Source: Trypanosoma brucei (lineage: Eukaryota). Taken from it: 64,000 bases of DNA. The stretch is taken from assembly GCA_000002445.1 (NCBI GenBank), contig CM000208.1, forward strand, positions 928,001 through 992,000, read 5' to 3'. Shown piece after piece: positions 53,133 through 64,000 of this stretch. Position 1 is the stretch's first letter; each line of letters starts with the position of its first letter. The notes below the pieces were generated by a model. The model did not search any database and had not been told where the DNA came from. It saw only the letters and a program-made list of their open reading frames with translations. A program made the position numbers and the translations under genes.

Positions 53133-56100
53133 CTAACTAGCCACAACATCAAAAAGCAACAACTGCGCCCGAACATGTAGTGGCAGCTTCCGGTGCTCGC
53201 GCACGTCATGAAACGACGTATTCCACATTTGACCAAAAGAGGAAAGGACGCTCACTACACTCTGCGCATAGTGCGCCTCCTCTTCCATGGGAGAATTGTC
53301 ATCGGCTTCAACCTGCTCTTCCCCTACTTCAGAAGAATCACTGCGGGGGAGCGGCAACTTTCCCTTCCCATTGCTACCGTTCCTTTTAGCATCACTTTGA
53401 CGAGTACCCACAACGCTATTTATCGCTTTCAAAGGACTCCGCTTACCATTCGCACTGCGAGTCTCCTTCTGGCGCTTTTTTTCTTGCTCTTGACGATGCA
53501 CAAAATGAAGAAATTCCTCAATTTCGTTGTTTAGGTATACGCTACCATTTTTGATTTCCGTATCTGAAAGATTCAACGACTCTCTCAATGGTTCGCCTGC
53601 CACTTGCGGAGGCGATGTGGACGAGGCCCTACTCAGCGCCATTGCGTGTTGCGATGACAAGGGAACTGACTGTATTTTAGTGAAATCCGATTTACTATGC
53701 CCCTTAGCCGGAGGAGGTGGACGTTTCTCCCGACGCTGTGGTGCCGCATAGACGTTCGTTTCCGGTGCTTGCGAGGGTGATCTTCGACAGCTGTCATGCA
53801 AGACAGAAAAATCCAGTGGTGTAACTAAGTTGGTTTGCTCTTCCCTCTTCTTACCCTCCCGCCCTGAATCCGACTTCTGCCTTACAACTAATCGTGTCTT
53901 TTCCGCAAAACAAGCCGCATCATCCGCGTTATTATTCAGACGCCTTGCTAGTGCCGAGGTCAGATGCACGGACTTCTCGCTTCCCCTCGCACGATCGGCT
54001 GTTCCGGTGCTCCTTATGGTACTGCCCTTCACCTGCAGTTTCTCTGACGTTCTTTCATCTACATTTCCTGTACTGATACTAACCGATCTTGGGCTCAGGT
54101 TGCCTTGTTTCTTTTCGTCCTCGTCATCACCTATGAGCCAGGACTGCGTCAAAGATCCAGAGGATGCATTTGACAGACTGCTTACTCCGTTTTGGTTTCC
54201 AACCGCAGCTACTGCACCCTCTGCACGTATCTCGTTTTCTGTAGCGGATCTGGAACCCATATCCAACTGCTTCGGGAAAAGTCCTACGAAAGTACTTTCC
54301 TTCCTTGGCGAGGATTGAAATGCAGAGCCCTCAATCCCTTTTTCTCCAGTAGAGCTACTGGAAGATGAACATCCGGGTGGTTTACTGCATCTGCGTTTAA
54401 GTGATACCCTTGCCTCATGTTCTTCCTGCATCAAAAGTAGTCGTTCATGGTTCTCGTCGCCGCAAAATAAAAAGAACGGGTCACCAACGAGGTTATCTAA
54501 ATTTTGTGTCACGGCATCGTCCAGAAGCTGTGCTATGGAGTGAGTCGAAGTAGTTCCTTGACATTTCGCTTTCGACAAATTCTGTGCATTCGGTTGGCTA
54601 GCACAAGAGCCTGAAAAAATGATTTTTTCTTTGCCTGGGCTCCCGGCTCCTGACGACGCCGAAGGCATGTTGCAATCTTTGTTTTTATCATTGCTGCTGG
54701 CCGCGATATCCGTTACAACAGTGGACGACGTAGACCCAAAAGGGCGACTCACATTACTGAAGTTGAGGTTGTAAATTGACGACACCATGATACTCGTGTC
54801 TGACCGACCATGTCCCTTAGGTATGTCTGAGCCAATACCCAAACTCGGCGCACTGGATGAATTGGCTGGAATACAAATATCGGATCGCTTGCTAACCTTC
54901 TCGTCATCACTAAAAAGCCGCCGGTACGGTCGTCTGAAGAGAAGTGGAGTGCCGCGTTCGATTATTCGTCGCTCGTTCATTTGCACTATGCGCGAAGATG
55001 CGGTATCATCCCTGTCACCTACATCGAGCGTTGAGCAATCGGACGGCACGGCGTTCGTGCTTTCGCATGAGTGCCGCTGTGTGCGCACATCAGCCAACTT
55101 TTCTCGAGAGAGCTGGTTCCTGTGTGCGCTACAGCAGTTAGGCCATCCACATCGAATGCGTTCCCGCAACAAAATAACTTGTCCCCGACGAACCAAATCC
55201 TCCTGCTTAATAGCTCCAGGGGTACGACGATCGTACAGCAAGTACTCGTCTTGTGGTTGTATAATGCTACGGGCCCATTTTTCTGTTACAACAGGACCGG
55301 ATGCAGACCGCTGGACACTGGATGAAAAACTGTTCATCGCGCACCCTTCATCATTAAAGTTGCTATTGCGAGCACTACCGTTGCTTATGCTTGGTGTACA
55401 AGCGCACATACTGTTTTTAAACAGACTAGCCTGACTGCCTTCTAATACCGTCACATAACTCCTGTCAGTGGCGAGGGGTTCGCTGTCAGATTTTCGTTTC
55501 CTTCCACATTTAACTTTTTTGCGTTTGCGTTTCTCCGAAGTTGTTGACTGCTGCACGACACCGTCAACACCAACTGCGCCGTCGCCCACCAATTTCTGGG
55601 GCTGCCGCTCTTCCCCTGAACGAGGATTCTGTTCCCGTAGTGGTAATTGTGCGATGATGCTGCAAGTGGACCCCGCTGGCATCTTTTCCCTCGTTTCCGC
55701 ATGTCGCTGCCGCACCAGTCTCGCAGATGGTGGGCAAACATCTCCATCTGTACAGGTTCCGCTCCCACCTTCCTTCAACAGTTGTCCCTGAGGATCGAGT
55801 GAAACTGTTCTCTCCACATTCTTGTTTCGCGCTGTTCTTTGAGAAGGGATAGAATGGGTTGCAATTGACCAATCAGGCTGGAGCGGCGGCCACCCAGAAG
55901 GGGGCTCACCAGATGCCACCTTCCAATTGCCGTTGGACAGAGATACGGCGCTGAGTTCGTGGGCGCTGTACAACGTTTTTACACGCCCGCTGTTGTCGCC
56001 GGCCGCATAGGAAGGAGAATTATACATCACTCTGCGTCTGGTAGCGATCGTCTTGATGGAAGTCGGGCCGACGGTGGAGGTATGCCCATTACCGTCGAGT

Positions 56101-56201
56101 AGTGGTGCTGGTGTCGCCGGAAGAGACATTACCGCGCTGCGTATGATAGTCCGGCCGCTGCGTGGACAATTACTATTCCCGGTGTCCTTTCGAGATATCA
56201 T
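53133..56201 (-). CDS. Large Ser-rich, low-complexity (probably disordered) hypothetical protein, 1022 aa.
   Basis: An uninterrupted 3.07 kb ORF in the direction of transcription. It is Ser/Arg/Lys-rich with basic KRKRKK/RKRK clusters that look like nuclear localisation signals. I see no globular domain. Confidence 0.5.
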   Translation of the reverse strand: MISRKDTGNSNCPRSGRTIIRSAVMSLPATPAPLLDGNGHTSTVGPTSIKTIATRRRVMYNSPSYAAGDNSGRVKTLYSAHELSAVSLSNGNWKVASGEPPSGWPPLQPDWSIATHSIPSQRTARNKNVERTVSLDPQGQLLKEGGSGTCTDGDVCPPSARLVRQRHAETREKMPAGSTCSIIAQLPLREQNPRSGEERQPQKLVGDGAVGVDGVVQQSTTSEKRKRKKVKCGRKRKSDSEPLATDRSYVTVLEGSQASLFKNSMCACTPSISNGSARNSNFNDEGCAMNSFSSSVQRSASGPVVTEKWARSIIQPQDEYLLYDRRTPGAIKQEDLVRRGQVILLRERIRCGWPNCCSAHRNQLSREKLADVRTQRHSCESTNAVPSDCSTLDVGDRDDTASSRIVQMNERRIIERGTPLLFRRPYRRLFSDDEKVSKRSDICIPANSSSAPSLGIGSDIPKGHGRSDTSIMVSSIYNLNFSNVSRPFGSTSSTVVTDIAASSNDKNKDCNMPSASSGAGSPGKEKIIFSGSCASQPNAQNLSKAKCQGTTSTHSIAQLLDDAVTQNLDNLVGDPFFLFCGDENHERLLLMQEEHEARVSLKRRCSKPPGCSSSSSSTGEKGIEGSAFQSSPRKESTFVGLFPKQLDMGSRSATENEIRAEGAVAAVGNQNGVSSLSNASSGSLTQSWLIGDDEDEKKQGNLSPRSVSISTGNVDERTSEKLQVKGSTIRSTGTADRARGSEKSVHLTSALARRLNNNADDAACFAEKTRLVVRQKSDSGREGKKREEQTNLVTPLDFSVLHDSCRRSPSQAPETNVYAAPQRREKRPPPPAKGHSKSDFTKIQSVPLSSQHAMALSRASSTSPPQVAGEPLRESLNLSDTEIKNGSVYLNNEIEEFLHFVHRQEQEKKRQKETRSANGKRSPLKAINSVVGTRQSDAKRNGSNGKGKLPLPRSDSSEVGEEQVEADDNSPMEEEAHYAQSVVSVLSSFGQMWNTSFHDVREHRKLPLHVRAQLLLFDVVAS

Positions 56202-57224
56202 CGTTAGTTTCAGTTGAACACGAGTAAATAAACAATATAGATATGTTTATTTATGTACTGCTGTGGCGATCACCAACTTCGTAATCCACCTGGCAGCCCT
56301 ATTATGCGAATTTTCTCACACGCGACCCTCTTAGCTTACCCTGCCGTTTACCCTTTCTCCAGTTGTGCGCAGTACACGAGACACACAGAGTATAAGTGCC
56401 ACCAGGCGGGTTCAAAGTTTACGAGGTTCCTCTAATTATACACGAGCAAAGAGAGAGACAGTTACGCTTCCAGCCTTACCTTCGTTTACTTACTCAGAGA
56501 AGTGCCGTACGAGGCTCAATTGAGAGGGAAGGTGGGGTAGCGAAGGAGTGCACATATTCACGCGTGTAAGCACAAACAGCGGCAACAAAGCGGAATGGAC
56601 AAAAAAAAAACAACATCAGGTTGGAACACACAGTAAATTCATAAGCGAGGCGACGGTATTGCGTGGTCCTGATCACACTCTCCACGCAAATGACCTACTC
56701 GCATCCTCACCAATCTGTCTGCGTGACCGCCGATGCGCATCTCAAATGACATTCACGTTTAGAAGAAGAGAAACATCGTTACCTTCTGTTTCCTAAAACA
56801 CAGCGGGGGAACAAAATGCTTAAATTTTTACTCGATTAATTTATTATTTACACTACACGTTACGCACCCTCCTTTCTCGCACTCTTGTTACCATTCCTAT
56901 CACCCTCGCACACGTCCCTGTCGCATATGCTATGGCCCGAAGCACTCGCAGAACATTCCGTCAGCTACCGTCGACGAACAAAAAAAAAGCATGTACATCT
57001 TCTCTAACTCATCCCACCGCCTCACTCATTCGAGGCGCAATAGTTTCGTGATCGATTGCAGAATGTCACTGAACGCATGATATGTACACAAGCGCGCCGC
57101 TTGTAGAAACCAAAACACGAAAAGCAAGAACGAACAAAAGAACAGTGTGTGGCAGAGGGTTCTCTAGGGACCACGGGGCTTATCACCAGTAACCGTCGTG
57201 GTGTTTTAAACACAACTCCTCTTT

Positions 57225-60200
57225 TTACCTCCGCGAGGTCCTTGCTCTTTTATTCCCCTTAGGGTAACTTTCATCCGCACTGCGGGCCCTCTTTCGGAGA
57301 GTGTTCGTTGTATCACGACGCGCCAACTCATCCTTTCTGGCATTTTTTATCTCCTCTGCCACTGTGGTCAGGGCGAAAAGAGCATCATCAACAGTAACAA
57401 AACTCCCAGTACACCTGTCACAGTTGCCGTTATTGCTCTTGTCCCTGCTAATCTTTCTTAGCTTCTTCCTTCCCTCTAATGGCGATACATTCACCGCTGC
57501 GTTTTCATCGTCGGCGTGTGCGCGGGCGGTGTCGTAGTCGTGTCGACGTGCTTCCAATTGCTCACGGAGAACGTAGGCAACCTGCGTTGCCAGTGTACTG
57601 AGCTTTTCCGACCGTCTGCCGCATCGCATGGCAACCGCCACGGTCGGTGCCACAGTCTGTTGTATGAATTCCAGGTTGATTGCATTGCACAAGAGCCAAC
57701 GAGCGACACTTCCGACGTCAACTCGTTCCCCTTCGTTAACATCACCGAGTGTTTCAGATGCGCTCTTGTTATCACCCCGGGACGTTTTTCGACCGTTGCC
57801 GTTAACACAGGGCATTGCAGCAACCAAACCACCGAAGCATTGCACAAGCGAAGCTGTACGCACCATCACATTTGTAACACTCCCATTTGATATTGCTGGT
57901 GCAGCGATTGAGTTAAACTGACGGCGCAGTGCCACGAAGTGTCTGGTAACAACCTCACGAACGTGAAGTAACCCCTCCTCACTCTCATTTGCAGTGGCGT
58001 TAACTAGGAGGGCCATACTAACTGCTGCCAGGGAACGTATCAAATACAGCGCAAGACGCACCGCATCGGTTCGCGATGAGCGAGCAATCGCTCGGTGTGC
58101 GGCGTACTTTTCGTTAGAGACATCCGACTGCGCAAAGTTAAGCAAGAGAAGTCGTAGTGAGGCAGATATCTCATTAAGCACTTCCTCCGCGCGATCTGTA
58201 TTGTCTATGGGGCCAGTCCCTCGGAATACCACCATGTACGGAAGAGTGTCCCCAGATGCAGTTGACGACGGTTGGATGGCCACCGCCGAGTTTCTGCTTC
58301 TTCTGGTCGGCTTTTGACTTGTGTCTTTTTCACTCCTTCTCCTTTTGCTCCCCAACACTTCCACTGCGCTAGTGACAAGATGTGCACCAACCCATCCATC
58401 ATCAACCAAATACGAGCACCGTGTTTCCACACCATTCGTACAGTACATACCCAGTAGCCTCAACGCCACCCCTCGCACCCAGGGATGCGTGTGCAGAATA
58501 AGACGGCCAGAAAGATACAGCACAAGGGGTTTGGCAAAGGTTACATCGTGCCACACAAGCGAGGGAGCAGCGCTAGCTATTGCTTCCACGCACCGCAAAC
58601 CAAAGAAAACGTACATCCAACCCTTCATTTCGATCTTTCGTCGCAAAGTTCCTGAAAGCTCCTCGGAACGTCGCCTGATGCGCGACGCACTAATTTGATC
58701 ATATGTTGCTGCGTCCATAATGGATGGTAGTGACCAGGTATAGTAAGTAGCGAACTCCTCCGCCTCTGCGGTGATACCCTTTGTATTATCCGAGCTTGAA
58801 TCATTGTCTTTCCCACTAAGTCCGAGAGCAGATGCAATGGCAGAAAGCATCAACGCCCAAGTTTGTAGAGCTATTGTTTTCCGTTTACGGGTTTGATCTT
58901 TTTCAAGCCATTTTGATAGTGTAGGCACAACAGTGTCAACACCGGCATTCCGCACCAAATCTTGAAGTGCCGTGCCCGCCTTTCTCCTCGCCTCAAGAAA
59001 CTCTGAGCCCGACAGAGTAACTGCGAGTGGGAGTAGCAGCAATGGAGCCTCCTGCCTCAGAACTACAGTGGGTAGTCGATTTATAAGGGCGATGAAGAGC
59101 TCCAATAAAGCGATACGACCGGTTACCTCTGGGTAATCCATGTTTCGGTATAATAAATCCATGTGCGACCGGAATTTTTCCGGTGTCATCCGATACTCTG
59201 TTAGGAAACGAGTGATAACGGAAATACATCGTTGGCGCATAAGCCGCTTAGCACTGACATGCAATAGTAACTCGGTCACTACACCCATCAATTCGTACAC
59301 CTCAACCACGTGCACGTGCCTACCGAGTACAGCGTAAAAAAGGGTTAGTGCCATAGGAGCAAACCGATTACGCTCAACCAGCTCTGCATGGCAAAGGCCT
59401 GTGATTTGTGACGCTTGTGCCTCCGTTAGCGTAAAACGCTGGTGGGATATTACCGACGCTGCCACTCGCATTGCCCGCTGCTTGACAGAACCACCTCGCT
59501 CAAAAAAGGCGGTAACGGTATCGTAAAGATTTGTATGATACATTCCCACGATCTTCAAAGGTGGACGCAACGAGAGAAGGGCCAGCATACAGTCAAGTGC
59601 GTACCCGATAACCGCGTCACTCCCCTCACCATGGAGTGTCGACAAAACAACAGGCACCAACTCTTCCAATAGTTGTTGGTAGTGTCGAGTGAATGATGCC
59701 GTCAAATCGGCTGAGCCACGTCGTTTCCTCTTTTCCGTCCGAACACATAATTTTTTAGACGGCTCCCCGGTTTCCTTTTGCCTCTGTTCGTCATCCCTCT
59801 CCTCGGCTTCAGCAGCAAATCGATCCAGTGCATCACCCTCTCTGTCATCCAAGTTCTCCGGATCGAGTAGCACGTCAGCCGAAGATACGCTGGAAGCATC
59901 TTGTTCTCCCTCTTCGTCCGATGCGTTGGTGTGAGTGATGTAGTTATCTCCATCGGTTTGTTCCTCCTTTTGTTTGTTTTTTGAGCGCAGGAGATCAAGA
60001 CGTACAGCAATCTTGGATGACTTACGCTCTTTTCCCATGCCGAGAACTTGTTTGAGCACACTCAGAAGGTATTTAAGAAGAAATTCATCCAAAGTGTCGA
60101 GAACCACTGCGGCTGTTGGGTCCTCACGATAAAAGTGCTTTGCTGCCTGTTTCACGTCTTTGCCGTATCGACCACGATACGTTCGGAGTTTCTGCTTCTG

Positions 60201-63200
60201 TTGAGTGGCTAGTACAGTATGAGCACTAAAGTCGACGTCCACTCGCTCCGGTCGTGGTGCGACAAGAAAATTAGCATCCAGTTGCTCACGACGCGTGGTT
60301 GCAATCACGGACGGGCGCTGTGCTATGAGCTGTGCGCTTCCTCGGATACGGCGGGTCCCTTCTTTTGCTTCGAACTTTTTAATCTTCTCTTCTCTCGTTT
60401 CGTTGTGGCGGTGAAGCAAGTCCCGCACCACACGAAATGAGCTTTCCACCTCCATGGTTGCGTTCTTGAGGAGGGCTCGGGCCACACGGACAGCCAGCAA
60501 ACGCACCTTCTGCACGAAAGCAAAGTCAGCCGCAGCGCTTTTGCCGATGGTGCTATACTTTGTCTTGAGTTCTTGAAGCAGCAGCAATGCGCCAGCACGC
60601 GCGCCACCGCCCCGGGTGTTAGTCTCCACGTTAGCTGCTTCGCTAGGAGGTGTGAGCAACCATGTTATTTTCTGCAGAAAAACTTCAATCACGCGGGTCG
60701 CCTGACAGTGTGATGCGATAAGTGTAAAACCATGCAGTGCCCGACTGCTCTTCACCTCAAGCATTGTGCTCATCAGTTCCACCTGCCGTTTCTGCTCACT
60801 CACCTCGCCAAGGTAGTCATCAAGGAGTATTGTCATGATATCGTCAAGACAGGCGGTTAAACACGAGACACCGTATTCGTAATCAAATTGAACAGCAGCA
60901 GGTATAATCATGCGTAGTAGCTCTTCTTCCTCGTCATCTTCGTGGTTGCCCGTTGTAACATCATCACCGCTCTTTTCCTTACTGTTACTCGTTTGACCAA
61001 GTGCGCCTCCTCCCTGCTTGTCGTGTTGTTGACTACCATTTGGTCTGATTGCTTCGCCACCTCCCACTACAGAATGCCGCGCCTTCGCCCCGGCTTCTTT
61101 GTGAAGTTTTTTTCCTGGTGTTTTTTTCCTCCCGTATGAAAGGGAGTGGCGCGGTTCGTAGAGGTTGTAAAGAAGTGTCACAACTGTGTAACCTAGAACG
61201 TGCAACTGGTAGCCATGCACTAAGTGATCCCGAAGCTTTGTAATAATGAAACCCAGTTTCCCCGGCCCAACCTCGCACATCATTGCACTGAGGACACGGC
61301 GCGCCCGCTCGCGATGTTTATCATTCTTCGTTCGGAGTTTCAGAACCACTTCATCGAGCAATTGCTCTGCATGCGAAGAGAACCTGTCAAGCGGAAAGCG
61401 CTTCACAATCTTCGTAATGGCGATTGCAACTGGTAACTGAAGGATAGTCGTGTTTTGTTGTGCCCCATCAGTCTTCCGCATTTCATCTCTAACACTTGTG
61501 GCAGTGTGAGCGCTTACAAGAACCTCAGACCCACTCGCATGAATACCACTTCTACGGGTGCCACTCGATAAAAAACCGTACAACTGCGGTAAGATGTCAT
61601 CCTCCATCACATGCATTATCCGTGCATTGCGATATTTAATGCGCTTAGCACGAAGTGTCACTTCCAAAGCTGCAGCCACTGCATCATCGTCATTTTCTCC
61701 ATCCTCATCCTCATCATAATCATCCCCCTGCGCTGTCTGAGGACTCTCCTCGGCGCCCTTTCTTTGCCGTCCATCTTCAGGAATATCATTATTATTATTA
61801 CTGCAGGTACCAATTTTATCATCGACACCTTCCTCCAAAAAATGGAAATGGTCGAGTACCAACACAACCCCCTGAAGCATCGGAAGCCGCAAGGAAGCGT
61901 TTTCCTGTGCATTAATAAGAAGCAGGCTTAGTAAACGGTAGTAACCCTCCCACGGCAACATACCTGCAACAGTTGCCACGGTGTTCAACAGCGCATCACA
62001 GTATCCCTTCGCACGTCCCTCCGTGAGGTTTTGTAGATCCCTTTTACCCTGCGCGAAGTCCTTCACGGTGGCCAAAAGAAACGGAACGAAAACACGGAGA
62101 GCGTCACGTGGATGCAACTGGTCCACCTTCTTCCGCAGAAGTGCAAGCGCATTTAGGCGACATCGGTGCTGTAAATGACCTATATTAACGAAGAAATTGA
62201 GCTCCACATTGCGGTCGTAAAGCGCAGCAAATGACCGGAATGAGTCTTTGTAGTGCTGCGCAAGGGCACCAAACACCTGCATGTGTGAGTTTCGAATATG
62301 AACGTCACGTGCCACAACACCCCGGCGTAGCGAGGGCAAGATGATCCGCCTAATGACTTGGTTGAGAATGAGTGTATCGTATTCAGCTACCCTCGTATTT
62401 TGACGTGATGCATATCGGATCATCGCTTCAACAACTTGAACAGCAAGAGCCGAGATGGTTCCCTCAGGATCGCGAAGGAAAAATACAGCATTCGAAGCCA
62501 AAACAAGGAAACCCTCCACGCAGAGCACCGGGGCCTCGAGGTCATCAAGTGGTATGGTGGAGTCAAAATCACCGCTATAATCACGCTCTTCCCTTACTTG
62601 GCTTTGTTGAGCACGCTTCCGTTTCCCAATGCTAACCGGCGCAGATTCACCACCATTATGAAAGAATTGCTGTAGCGTCCGCAGCGTATGGAAACGGAGA
62701 TCAAAGTCATAGCGATCTAGCGAGCTATTGTTATCATCAAAACTGTTCAGGCAAGAAACTGCCCGACCCACCGCGGCCAATTGTGCGGCGTAGCCCCTGG
62801 AGCCACGTTGCACACCGTCAAGGAGAAAATCGGTGTTTTCTTCGTTGCAGAAGCAACTAACAGGATCGGAAGAAGATGAAACCGCACCCATTTGTGTAAG
62901 CATAACGTTCAGCGTCCGGCAAAGTAGCAGCCGTGCCTCTGGGTTTGTCACTGCATTGAAAAGGTGCACGAGGGGTTCGTAGTGGAGCAGCACGTTAATA
63001 CGATGAACGTGTGGTAAAAGATATTCCAAAACCCCAACTGCTGCCACGCAAGTTTCCCGGTCCTTCATACAAGCTGGATGGGCGACAAAGGCAATACACA
63101 TCTCTAGAAGACGGGACAACATTGTATTTGTATCTTCCGAATTAGCGTGCTTCCCCCCAGCAGACTCCTTCTCCTCGGCATTTTGCTTTTCGATTACTAC

Positions 63201-64000
63201 AACATATTCAGTGAGCATGGAAACGGTCGCAATCAGCTCCTTCCACATAGAAACACTAAAAGACATAACGGTTGTGGCGGGTCGGCCCCCCTTATCCCTC
63301 GACGCGGGGAAACGAGTGTTCTTTTCCCTGACACCACATGAAGCACCTCTCCTGATGAGTGTGTACAAAGATGTGAAAATTTCAGAAACATGAGGTTCGA
63401 CAAACATGACACGTAAAGTCGATTGCTCAGTCGCTCCAAAAACATTAATCTGCTCATCACTAGCATTTAGAAGTTCAGCGACACAGCGCAATCCTTCGTG
63501 CAAGGCCAGTACTGCAGTTTGTTGTTGATTATTTCTCGATAAGACCGATAGTCCCGAACCACTGGTATTGGTGGTTCCGGTAACCGTCGAATTTGCAGCA
63601 AATAACTGTTTAATCATCTCCGTAACAGCACCTGCGAATGTGCCAACGAGCGGCAGCGTATGCGGTGAAGCTATCCAAGCGCGTACCAGACGCATAAACG
63701 GAGTCGCAGCTGCTCGTTGGCTGTCGCCAATCAACTCGGCCACAGCACCTCCACCGTTCATATGCAGGGCAGCGACATAACGGGAAATAAGACTGTGCTC
63801 AACTGAAGCAGCACCAGTATCGCCGCTCCCTACACCGAGGTCAGCACGAAGGGTTTCCATAACCTCAGCGGGAAACTGCTCAAATAAAGATGCTACCATC
63901 GTCGCTGCTCCACGGCGCATCCGAGACATGAGTGACTTCAGTGCTGAAGAGCTTAGTGCACTTTTCACGCGCCACCCAATCTCTTCTTGGGTCGCTCCGT
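57225..64000 (-). CDS. Very large alpha-helical (HEAT/ARM-like) repeat protein, ≥2,258 aa, 5'-truncated by the window edge.
   Basis: The reading frame stays open from the stop at 57225 through the right-hand edge of the window. The track's Met at 63968 may be internal. Leu/Ala-rich helical repeats run throughout. Internal acidic stretches (DDYDEDEDGENDDD, EEEDD) occur, and the C-terminal tail is basic and NLS-like (KGNKRARTSRR). Confidence 0.7.
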   Translation of the reverse strand, partial: GATQEEIGWRVKSALSSSALKSLMSRMRRGAATMVASLFEQFPAEVMETLRADLGVGSGDTGAASVEHSLISRYVAALHMNGGGAVAELIGDSQRAAATPFMRLVRAWIASPHTLPLVGTFAGAVTEMIKQLFAANSTVTGTTNTSGSGLSVLSRNNQQQTAVLALHEGLRCVAELLNASDEQINVFGATEQSTLRVMFVEPHVSEIFTSLYTLIRRGASCGVREKNTRFPASRDKGGRPATTVMSFSVSMWKELIATVSMLTEYVVVIEKQNAEEKESAGGKHANSEDTNTMLSRLLEMCIAFVAHPACMKDRETCVAAVGVLEYLLPHVHRINVLLHYEPLVHLFNAVTNPEARLLLCRTLNVMLTQMGAVSSSSDPVSCFCNEENTDFLLDGVQRGSRGYAAQLAAVGRAVSCLNSFDDNNSSLDRYDFDLRFHTLRTLQQFFHNGGESAPVSIGKRKRAQQSQVREERDYSGDFDSTIPLDDLEAPVLCVEGFLVLASNAVFFLRDPEGTISALAVQVVEAMIRYASRQNTRVAEYDTLILNQVIRRIILPSLRRGVVARDVHIRNSHMQVFGALAQHYKDSFRSFAALYDRNVELNFFVNIGHLQHRCRLNALALLRKKVDQLHPRDALRVFVPFLLATVKDFAQGKRDLQNLTEGRAKGYCDALLNTVATVAGMLPWEGYYRLLSLLLINAQENASLRLPMLQGVVLVLDHFHFLEEGVDDKIGTCSNNNNDIPEDGRQRKGAEESPQTAQGDDYDEDEDGENDDDAVAAALEVTLRAKRIKYRNARIMHVMEDDILPQLYGFLSSGTRRSGIHASGSEVLVSAHTATSVRDEMRKTDGAQQNTTILQLPVAIAITKIVKRFPLDRFSSHAEQLLDEVVLKLRTKNDKHRERARRVLSAMMCEVGPGKLGFIITKLRDHLVHGYQLHVLGYTVVTLLYNLYEPRHSLSYGRKKTPGKKLHKEAGAKARHSVVGGGEAIRPNGSQQHDKQGGGALGQTSNSKEKSGDDVTTGNHEDDEEEELLRMIIPAAVQFDYEYGVSCLTACLDDIMTILLDDYLGEVSEQKRQVELMSTMLEVKSSRALHGFTLIASHCQATRVIEVFLQKITWLLTPPSEAANVETNTRGGGARAGALLLLQELKTKYSTIGKSAAADFAFVQKVRLLAVRVARALLKNATMEVESSFRVVRDLLHRHNETREEKIKKFEAKEGTRRIRGSAQLIAQRPSVIATTRREQLDANFLVAPRPERVDVDFSAHTVLATQQKQKLRTYRGRYGKDVKQAAKHFYREDPTAAVVLDTLDEFLLKYLLSVLKQVLGMGKERKSSKIAVRLDLLRSKNKQKEEQTDGDNYITHTNASDEEGEQDASSVSSADVLLDPENLDDREGDALDRFAAEAEERDDEQRQKETGEPSKKLCVRTEKRKRRGSADLTASFTRHYQQLLEELVPVVLSTLHGEGSDAVIGYALDCMLALLSLRPPLKIVGMYHTNLYDTVTAFFERGGSVKQRAMRVAASVISHQRFTLTEAQASQITGLCHAELVERNRFAPMALTLFYAVLGRHVHVVEVYELMGVVTELLLHVSAKRLMRQRCISVITRFLTEYRMTPEKFRSHMDLLYRNMDYPEVTGRIALLELFIALINRLPTVVLRQEAPLLLLPLAVTLSGSEFLEARRKAGTALQDLVRNAGVDTVVPTLSKWLEKDQTRKRKTIALQTWALMLSAIASALGLSGKDNDSSSDNTKGITAEAEEFATYYTWSLPSIMDAATYDQISASRIRRRSEELSGTLRRKIEMKGWMYVFFGLRCVEAIASAAPSLVWHDVTFAKPLVLYLSGRLILHTHPWVRGVALRLLGMYCTNGVETRCSYLVDDGWVGAHLVTSAVEVLGSKRRRSEKDTSQKPTRRSRNSAVAIQPSSTASGDTLPYMVVFRGTGPIDNTDRAEEVLNEISASLRLLLLNFAQSDVSNEKYAAHRAIARSSRTDAVRLALYLIRSLAAVSMALLVNATANESEEGLLHVREVVTRHFVALRRQFNSIAAPAISNGSVTNVMVRTASLVQCFGGLVAAMPCVNGNGRKTSRGDNKSASETLGDVNEGERVDVGSVARWLLCNAINLEFIQQTVAPTVAVAMRCGRRSEKLSTLATQVAYVLREQLEARRHDYDTARAHADDENAAVNVSPLEGRKKLRKISRDKSNNGNCDRCTGSFVTVDDALFALTTVAEEIKNARKDELARRDTTNTLRKRARSADESYPKGNKRARTSRR

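Noticed and set aside
1-64000. Prokaryotic-style features: operons, Shine-Dalgarno sites, CRISPR arrays, IS elements, phage blocks.
   Set aside because: The gene spacing, trans-splicing-type polypyrimidine tracts, microsatellites and eukaryote-specific proteins (PA26, AMPK gamma, V-ATPase D) show this is kinetoplastid nuclear DNA. No direct-repeat/spacer array and no transposase or reverse-transcriptase ORF (ingi/RIME/SLACS) is visible.

Overview
This window reads as nuclear DNA from an African trypanosome, most likely Trypanosoma brucei (two proteins match T. brucei sequences I recognise by eye). It has no introns and no bacterial signals. Long ORFs are separated by 0.3-2.8 kb of low-complexity spacers that carry polypyrimidine tracts and (TA)n/(CA)n microsatellites, as expected for polycistronic transcription units with trans-splicing.

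The left ~9.2 kb holds four plus-strand genes. Everything from ~11.8 kb to the end (≥17 genes) lies on the minus strand. The two units converge on a ~2.6 kb gene-free convergent strand-switch region at about 9.2-11.8 kb, a presumed RNA pol II termination zone. I found no tRNA gene in it.

Products I recognise with confidence:
- a three-domain NADH-dependent fumarate reductase (ApbE-like, flavoprotein and cytochrome-b5-reductase-like domains);
- an aspartate aminotransferase immediately upstream of it;
- a KsgA/Dim1/TFB1M-type rRNA adenine dimethyltransferase with a mitochondrial presequence;
- an AMPK gamma (SNF4-like) subunit built from four CBS domains;
- the 11S proteasome activator PA26;
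- V-ATPase subunit D;
- a SET-domain methyltransferase, a protein with an FHA-like domain, an endo/exonuclease/phosphatase-fold protein with a C-terminal transmembrane anchor, and a TPR protein.

The fumarate reductase-aminotransferase-AMPK gamma-PA26 order fits what I recall of T. brucei chromosome 10 (roughly Tb927.10.3650-3710), but I could not check this.

The most novel-looking items are:
- a helical, N-glycosylated protein with a signal peptide and a GPI-anchor-like tail, the last gene before the strand switch;
- an unannotated P-loop protein whose Walker A region resembles the HPr kinase / PEPCK-like kinase P-loop;
- an acidic DxF/WxxF-motif protein;
- the insertion-bearing mitochondrial rRNA dimethyltransferase;
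- a >2,250-aa helical-repeat protein that runs off the right edge.

I see no CRISPR array, prokaryotic operon or mobile element. Nothing here amounts to a clearly undescribed multi-gene system.
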